Shown here piece by piece: positions 56,601 through 64,000 of a stretch of 64,000 bases of DNA. Position 1 is the stretch's first letter. Every line of letters starts with the position of its first letter. Source of the stretch: Syncephalis fuscata S228 (taxonomy: Eukaryota > Fungi > Zoopagomycota); the NCBI GenBank assembly GCA_025786725.1, contig JAHLTZ010000009.1, positions 124,001-188,000 of the forward strand. Reading direction: 5' to 3'. A program made the translations under genes and the position numbers. The notes beneath the pieces are model-generated. The model worked only from the letters and a program-made list of their open reading frames with translations, did not search any database and was not told the origin of the DNA.

Positions 56601-57313
56601 TTGATAGAATGGTCGATATCAATAGGCATGGCATCATCATCGTTGTCATTGTGGTATCGGCCATCATAATGTGATATTTTACTTTGTCGACCATTTCCTT
56701 GATATAAAGAATTATGACGATGGTCATTATGATGGTTGTTATTGTTACTGGCCAATAGAGCAACCAGGGAGGCACCCCAGTCGGCATTGGAGCGTGGAGG
56801 CAGTGATGGTGGCGGCGAATGTGGATATCGGTACTCTTTCTCTTCTTGTTCACGATCTGCCGCCAATAGAACACTGGCTGTTAAATGGACATCCTCCTCC
56901 ATTTCATAGTCATCGTCGTCGCCATTATCATTATTACGATGATTAGTATGATTCATAGTATGGCCTCTATCAATAGCTGCTGTGGTGGCAGGAAAACGAT
57001 AGGGTCGATTTGATGTCCATGCCCGATGCCATGCCTTATTATCATCGCGATGATTGCTTATGATACGGCCTAGATAATCTCGTGGATAGTCTGTATTAAG
57101 ATCAAGTTGTTCGCTTTCTGTTGGCATTGTAGCGAGCCAATTGTCTACCGTTTGAGTTGAATTGGTTTCTGCCTCGTTTATTAAACTAGTAACTCGATTG
57201 TGTGGTTGTGGTTGGCCTGGATAATCAATAGTGCCAGTAGGACCATATGATATGCCAGGTGTTGTTTGTGGTAACCGACGGTAATCACCGCTATTACCGC
57301 CGCCCATAGGCAT
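53699..57313 (-). CDS. Large low-complexity protein with C-terminal ASH/PapD-like domains, CEP192/SPD-2-like (exons partly resolved, frameshifted)
   Basis: Collinear minus-strand ORFs. C-terminus LRFPDTALGDECQLRLRLCNPT...YVMVPILFRPTVIGRHRGQALVRV...IQVRLQGTAI and internal FEVSPAYGLVPAHGQITVT resemble ASH domains. Confidence 0.55.
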
Positions 57314-58532
57314 GGTAACAAAAACTTACTTTAGAATAGAAAGGAACAACAATAATAAACCGATGAAACAAAAAAAGGACTAGATTCTGCACTAACCAAC
57401 CAACCAGCGAATCTATGCCAGAATAAAAAAGCAATTCAAATCAAAACAAGTCGAAACTAATAAATAGTCTACCGCGAACGTATAATAACCGACGTCAAGT
57501 GCTGTAACAGGTGTTTGACAGTATTATGGCGGTTACTACGGCTATTGTCTTTACTATTGTTTCTTAGACTGAGTAGAATCAAGTCAGCACAACAACTACT
57601 AGTGTTTCTTCTTCTTTTCGTAGTCTATCGTTTTTGTGTGCGCTTAGATAGCGTCAATGAGATGCATAAACAACAAAATATTAAACACAGAATAAACGCA
57701 CTAAACAACTTAAACAAAGACAATAACGATGACAGCACGCTAGTAGTTGACGCCAAAGTAAGAATATAATAAAATGAATAAATGCCGTTTGTGTGCTATC
57801 AAAAGTACGAACGTACCAATAGCACGCCAATCAATCCACATATGCACAAAAAATTGCTTATGCACACACAAACACACACACACAATACAATATATGCATA
57901 TACACACTATACGCATGTACGCATAAACACATACCTGCACTTAAGTTATGCCAAGAGACCTATGCTATGAAAAATGTAAAGAATAATGCGTGCAAGGAGA
58001 AAAAAGGGGTTGCTTACAAAGGGGCGACAGTGAATGGCGGTAAGTAGTACTAGTGCTACAGGACTATTACTGTCAAATGTTTATTGAAAAAGTGATAACG
58101 ATAGTGACAAGAGCTCTAGAGATATAGATAAGCATAGGTGTATAATTAACTATAGAATAGCATTAAACTTGACGATTACACAAACATTAGGTATGGTCTT
58201 TATTATAACATCGACTGCAGCTAGCTGCTACAACTTTTACTATTACGATCGCGGTGCTATTAGATGCATTAAATGCTGCATGAAAGTCCTAAGTTGTACA
58301 TCAAGGAGCAAAAAGGAATGTGGAGTTGCGCATTAGCGTGTAATGTATATGTAATCTAACAGCAACACAGATATATTTTTTATTATTTACTAATTAATTA
58401 ATTTATAGATTCTACATAATTAATGATTTAATTGTAAAATCTTAACTGTTCAGGTTATGAATCTTTTGTTTCAGTTTAAGCTAAAATAAATGCTAGTTTA
58501 TAGTTGTGGAGCTATTTTACTTTGACTCACTA

Positions 58533-59746
58533 TCCTTAAAATGAAGACAAAAGATCCACAATTCAAATAATAAACCATCAATCATTTTTTAATACAGAGA
58601 ATTGTTAATTATTGAAGCAGTGTCACATCAACTCCGATTAAATCAATTAGTGTCAATTAATCTGTACAATTCCAATATTTGATATCAATATTAATAAATA
58701 TTAAATAGTGTTTCATGCTACTTACAATAAAATACTAGATTAATTATGATGTTGATGCAACAGTGTCAGTTTGATTTCTTGTAGTAATAGGCGGTAAGAA
58801 ATCAGAAGGCCTTGGTTCACCACTGGCCATTGTACTGAATATACTTGCATGTTTCTGCTAGCATTAACATCGCACTATTTATTCATTTATATAAACTATT
58901 AATATATTGCTTCATCGTCTAGAATATAACTATATCTCATTATTTTAATAATGACACTTTCTATGGCTACACTTGTTTTTAAGAAACATCGACTTTGATT
59001 GTATTTCCTATCACCATCAGTAATTTATTGGCAGTATGTTCTATAATAATGACATCTGATGTTAAATAACCTTAATATTTTTACTGTACATTAGTTTATT
59101 GATAAACATGTTCTATACTAATAATTCAAATAGCAAACCATCGATCAGTTTTCACTACTGAAAAGTGTTGATTTATCGATGCAATGTTATGCCAGCTTTA
59201 TTTGAATAATTCAATAGCAAGTAGCAGATGATTCAAGTATTGTAGGCTGGCGTAATTGCAATTGATTGAACTTTACTTTGGCTCTCCTATTTGGAATCTT
59301 CAAAGCAAAATTCGTTTTAATTGAAGGCGTACTGTTATGTACAACAAACATAGTTATAATGTTTTTATTTAACTGATTTAAAACATTTAAGGCCAATCAT
59401 TGTTGTTGTTGGCCATGTGTAGAAAGATTGATTGAATATTAATAAAGCCATATGATTGTGATTTCATGTCATTCCGCATTGGCTGTCGTTGTTAGTACAT
59501 ACAGTGTGGTTTTTTTTGCGTCTAAATGGTCTCTTCTATTTTTTAATATTCTACTGTTACATCAACATCATAATTAATCTAGTATTTTATTGTAAGTAGC
59601 ATGAAATACTATTCAATATTTATTAACACTGATTAGTTCAATCGGAGTTGATGCAACACTGCTTCAATAATTAACAATTCTCTGTATTAAAAAATGATCG
59701 ATGGTTTATTATTCGAATTGTGGATCTTTTGTCCCCATTTTAAGGA
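58533..59746. mobile_element. Non-autonomous element with ~200-bp terminal inverted repeats
   Basis: 58533-58764 is the reverse complement of 59553-59746 (gacaaaagatccacaattc.aataataaaccatc...tttcatgctacttacaataaaatactagattaattatgatgttgatg), apart from an indel of about 35 bp. No TSD recognised. Confidence 0.8.
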
Positions 59747-59939
59747 CAGAATAAAAATTGGCAGTTTATAGTTTTAATCTCTCTTTTTTTATTTCTAAAT
59801 AATTAACACAGTTGGTTATATGCTAGCACATCGAGTATAGCCGTGTGCGATAGTCATCATACAGCTCAGATCAGCCTGTTTGATTGTGATTTCTTTTTGT
59901 TTGTCTACTTGTTGACGTGTACGATTGCGAGTAAACACT

Positions 59940-61899
59940 ATGCCACATACTGAAGACGGTACCGATAAAACGACCAGTTTTACACTTCCTACTTTGCAGG
60001 ATAATCCAGAAGGCTGGGGACCGATCGGAGGCACTTGGGCACCTGAACAATTCAAGGACATTCCCTATGCGCCATTCGGTAAAAATGATAAGCTAGGTCG
60101 GGCAGCCGATTGGTATCAAACCGAACAGGCGACCGGCAGAGACGATCGTCGTCGCCGTGACCGCAATCGCGGTAAGTAATTTAAAATCAAATAGATATTT
60201 AATATTTAATATTTAATATTCAATATTCAATAATATTTAATAATATAAATAGATCAATATCAAGCATATGGTAGCGGTACTGGTGCATTTGTCTACCAAC
60301 ATGAGGATGACGAAGGCTCTTTCTTGGTGGTTGATCGATCAGCACCTGCTAAACGCACAGTGTCTCGTCCAACTACCGGTGCTCAAGGTGGTGGTCGCGG
60401 TGGACGTGGCGGTCGTGGCGGTCTACGCACTGGTCTACGTGGCGGTCGTGGCGGTGCTGGCGGTCGTGGTGGTCGTGGTGGTGGTGGTGGCTGGCGCGGT
60501 ACAGGTCGTGCCGGTGGCTGGCGCGATAACAACAACCAACGCGTACGCGATGCTTCAATCAAGGTTGGAGACTCGTGGAAAATACTTGAGGAAATTGAAT
60601 TCCATCGTCTATCGAAACTTGCATTCGAGGTCGATGATGGTGAGGATCTATCGACTTATGGTGAAGTTGGCTACTACGACAAGTCATACGATCGTATTAC
60701 AACTAAACTTGAACGTCCACTACAACACGTGGAACGTACCCACTATAACATAACAACCAGTGAAGATCCAGTTATTCAAGAATTGGCTACTGCTAACAAA
60801 GGCACCGTATTTGCCACTGACAGCATTCTTAGTATGCTTATGTGTGCTACTCGTTCCGTTAATCCATGGGATATTATTGTTACACGTGAAGATAACAAGA
60901 TTTATCTAGATAAGCGCGATGGCAGTGTATTTGGTAAGTATTATACTTTAGTGTTAATTTGATCAAATACTTACAACGTGTGTAGATGTATTCAGTGTCA
61001 ATGAAAATGCTGCTGATCCACCATCTGAGACGGATAAGGAAGTACAGAATCAACCAGATAACCTAGCATTTGAAGCAACACGTGTCAATGAATACTTTGC
61101 CAATCAAGTGGTTGAAGGTGTAAGTTTAATGAATAACCACTTATTAGTGCAATATAATATGAATAATCCTAATACTAATAATCTATTTAGTCCAAGAAGC
61201 GCACTTTGGGCAGTGCACATCCATTCCAGCAAGCAGATAGTGAAGCTAATGAACAACCAGCGTCCTGTGCCTATAAATATCGTGTATTTGATTTGAGCCA
61301 TGGTGACGATGAAGACTGCCAACTTGTTGTTCGTACCGAACTTAACGGTGTCATGAACACACCTTCAGGCGATGCATATATCACCATTAATGCATTGAAT
61401 GAATATGAGAACCGTGCTGGTGGATGGCGCTATAAGCTTGATAGCCAACGCGGTGCTGTTGTTACCACGGAAATGAAAAACAACAGTCTTAAGTTGGCAC
61501 GATGGGCCGCACAAAGCATACTGGCCAATGCCGATCAAATGAGAATTGGGTACGTATTTACGATAGATACTTTAGGTAATTAGCTTATTTATTAACTTAT
61601 TTCATAGCTATGTTACACGTGTCAATGCCAAGGATACATCGCAACACACTATTCTAGGTACTCAAATCTTTAAACCATCCGATTTGGCCAGTCAAATGAA
61701 CTTGTCAATGTCCAATGCTTGGGGTATTGTAAAGACCATTGTTGACATTTCACGTAAACTACCTGATGGTCGCTATGTTCTTGCAAAGGATCCTAACAAG
61801 ACAATGATCCGCATGTACTCTGTACCAGATGATGCCTTTGACGCAGAGGAAGCTGAAGATGAAGACGCAGAGGAAGTGACACCTACCGCTGGACAATAG
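59940..61899 (+). CDS. EIF3D: Eukaryotic translation initiation factor 3 subunit D
   Basis: DNPEGWGP; DIPYAPFGKNDKLGRAADW; RGG-rich segment; RDASIKV; YYDKSYDRI; TTSEDPVIQ; DSQRGAVV..EMKNNS.KLARW; KDPNK. Confidence 0.95.
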
Positions 61900-62099
61900 T
61901 GGTAGAAATAGTAACAGTAGTAGTAAGGATAGCACTGCTTATGTGTCGTTGAATAAAATATGATTTTCAGCATAAATAACACACTAGTAATTATAGTAAT
62001 TGTAAAATGTAAAATATAAATTGTAAAATGTAATGGATTTGGAAATATCTTTTATCATAGAGTTATTAAGCATAGGAAACAAAAGAAATATTGGCTCGT

Positions 62100-62803
62100 C
62101 TACTGATCCATATCCATTGAGGTGACCGTCTTTTTCTCCTCTTTCTGGGCCAGAATCTTTGCCTTGAGCGATGCCGATGGGATAAGTTCGACGCCACGTT
62201 GCAATATCTTGATATCCTCTGCGCGTTCCTGGTCCCGTTTGCCCGACATACTGTAGAAAGTAGTAAAATATAGATTAGTTGGTCAATCCATTTTAATAGT
62301 CTATTGCAAATGATCAATACATACCGGTTCTTGAAGTGAGCACGTTCACGTCGCTTGCGAATCTCGTGGACACGTTGCATTGCCTTGACAGTTGTTTGCA
62401 TTAAGTTGCGGTCATAACGTACTGGAATATTGCGACGTTTCTCAAATTCAAATGTAGCATCCTAAATAAATAGTAATAATTAGATATTAGATATTAGATA
62501 TTAAATATTAGATATTAAATGTTAGTAACTTACGATAGTCATTTCCTTGCCAGCTGCTCTACGGAATGCCTTGGTCCAGCGGATCTTACGTGGATTACGC
62601 TTCATCTTAAAGTTCTTATGGCATTTTGAACGACAGAAGCGAAAGATCTACTTTTCCAGTATAAATAGCGTGTTTAATAACCTATATAGCTATAGAATTC
62701 AACAATCTAGTCTAATACTGACCTTGCTATCATTGCGTACAAAAGTAATGCCATGGCCTGGATAGACCGTTGACGAACAGAAATAGCACTTTTCAAGCCG
62801 CAT
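62100..62803 (-). CDS. RLP24: Ribosome biogenesis protein Rlp24 (RSL24D1)
   Basis: [27 protein letters not shown]; [28 protein letters not shown]; [15 protein letters not shown]. Confidence 0.93.
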
Positions 62804-63185
62804 AGTGACAATCCGTCCTTGTTATTGCTATTTTGCGTAATCAAACGTTCAGCAATAATAATAATAGTAGCAGCAATAATAATAATAGTACTAGTAGCAA
62901 TACTAGTTGTAGCAGCAACAACAACGGAAAAGAACACGGCTCGTTACAGCGTAAATGTAGGAAAAAAATTGAGCTTTTTTTCTTTTTTATGGCTAACATT
63001 TTTGTCCTCACTAAAGCGTCACCACCAATATTGTTTATTGTGTCTATCGATTAACGACAACACACCCATCTTTATTCATACAATACTATTACACTTGATC
63101 AAGTAGTAAACACTTGACGACTGTGCCTGTACTTGTTTAGTATTGTTAGCGATCACTTGATTGGCCAGCTATTGCCGTGTAAACT

Positions 63186-63642
63186 ATGGTAACTATTAAG
63201 TTATGACTATTATTCATATACCATCGCTCTTAACAACAGCTTTTACCTTTGGTATTAGACGACTCCTATTGCGATTGGTGTTGGTGTTACGGCTGCTGCA
63301 CTAGGTATACGCTATGCGATGCGTAACTTTCAGCAGCTTCCCAAAGTTGCTGGCAGTCAAAACATGAAAAAGTTTTATAAAGGCGGCTTTGACGACAAGA
63401 TGAATCGCCGTGAAGCATTATTAATACTTGGTCTAAGGTAAGGGGCATTAATCTAGTTTATTAACTATTTAATAACATGTATATATTATTATAGAGAAAC
63501 GGGTCTTTCAAAAGATAAAATAAAGGTCGCGCATCGTCGTATTATGCTGCTTAATCATCCGGATCGTGGTGGTTCCCCCTTCTTGGCCACAAAAATTAAT
63601 GAAGCGAAAGAGTTTCTCGATGCAAAGGGTCGTATTCGTTAA
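63186..63642 (+). CDS. PAM18: Mitochondrial import motor J-protein Pam18/Tim14
   Basis: ATG-only first coding exon; [21 protein letters not shown]; [27 protein letters not shown]. Confidence 0.93.
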
Positions 63643-64000
63643 AAGAACGCATTGAATTATATATATATATATATATATACACTTCTTATGCTTTCTTTCT
63701 ATGCAAAGTATTCATTTGTGCTCTGTGTTTAACAGTCTATACAATAAATCATCTACAAACCAGATATTGCCAAGTATTAATAGCATTTATTTACTATCTA
63801 TTACAGTAACTAATGGAACAAATGATATATTTAAATAAAACAAATACAGTTAAATTTATTCATATTGACTAATATTTATTAATTTATTACTTGTAATTAC
63901 TATGGAGTGTCTGATACTGAACGTGATCCGCGTTATTGATCCGAACTGATTAGTAAAATGCCGTCATTTTGATTTGTCATTTTGCCCATAATCAATAACT

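Noticed and set aside
60268-60753. 161-aa Val-rich alternative-frame ORF
   Set aside because: Shadow frame of the RGG-rich exon of eIF3d.

Overview
Eukaryotic, AT-rich, intron-dense fungal DNA with short (about 45-80 nt) GT-AG and some GC-AG introns. Gene content and style suggest an early-diverging zygomycete-type fungus, possibly Zoopagomycota or Syncephalis-like (inference only). Housekeeping genes: LYS4, a dipeptidyl aminopeptidase, TGS1, RAD3/XPD, SAR1, Snapin-like, MCM4, a RluA-family pseudouridine synthase, a CEP192/SPD-2-like protein, eIF3d, RLP24 and PAM18. Locally expanded families: 3 KRE6/SKN1 GH16 genes, 3 intronless WrbA/Pst2 quinone reductases, and 4 orphan 7TM proteins arranged as two head-to-head A/B pairs. 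Mobile DNA: two decayed Fanzor (eukaryotic TnpB) RuvC remnants, a tRNA-derived SINE with a target-site duplication, a long-TIR element and dispersed AT-rich repeats. The standout is 41690-44962, which the ORF track misses and which looks like an ~80-bp satellite. It is a signal-peptide exon followed by 34 micro-exons (32 of 3 nt, one of 6 nt, one read as 2 nt), each flanked by splice sites. After restoring one G they splice into a stop-free 68-aa secreted six-cysteine peptide precursor, roughly one intron per codon. Many conserved genes carry 1-bp frameshifts, probably assembly indel errors.
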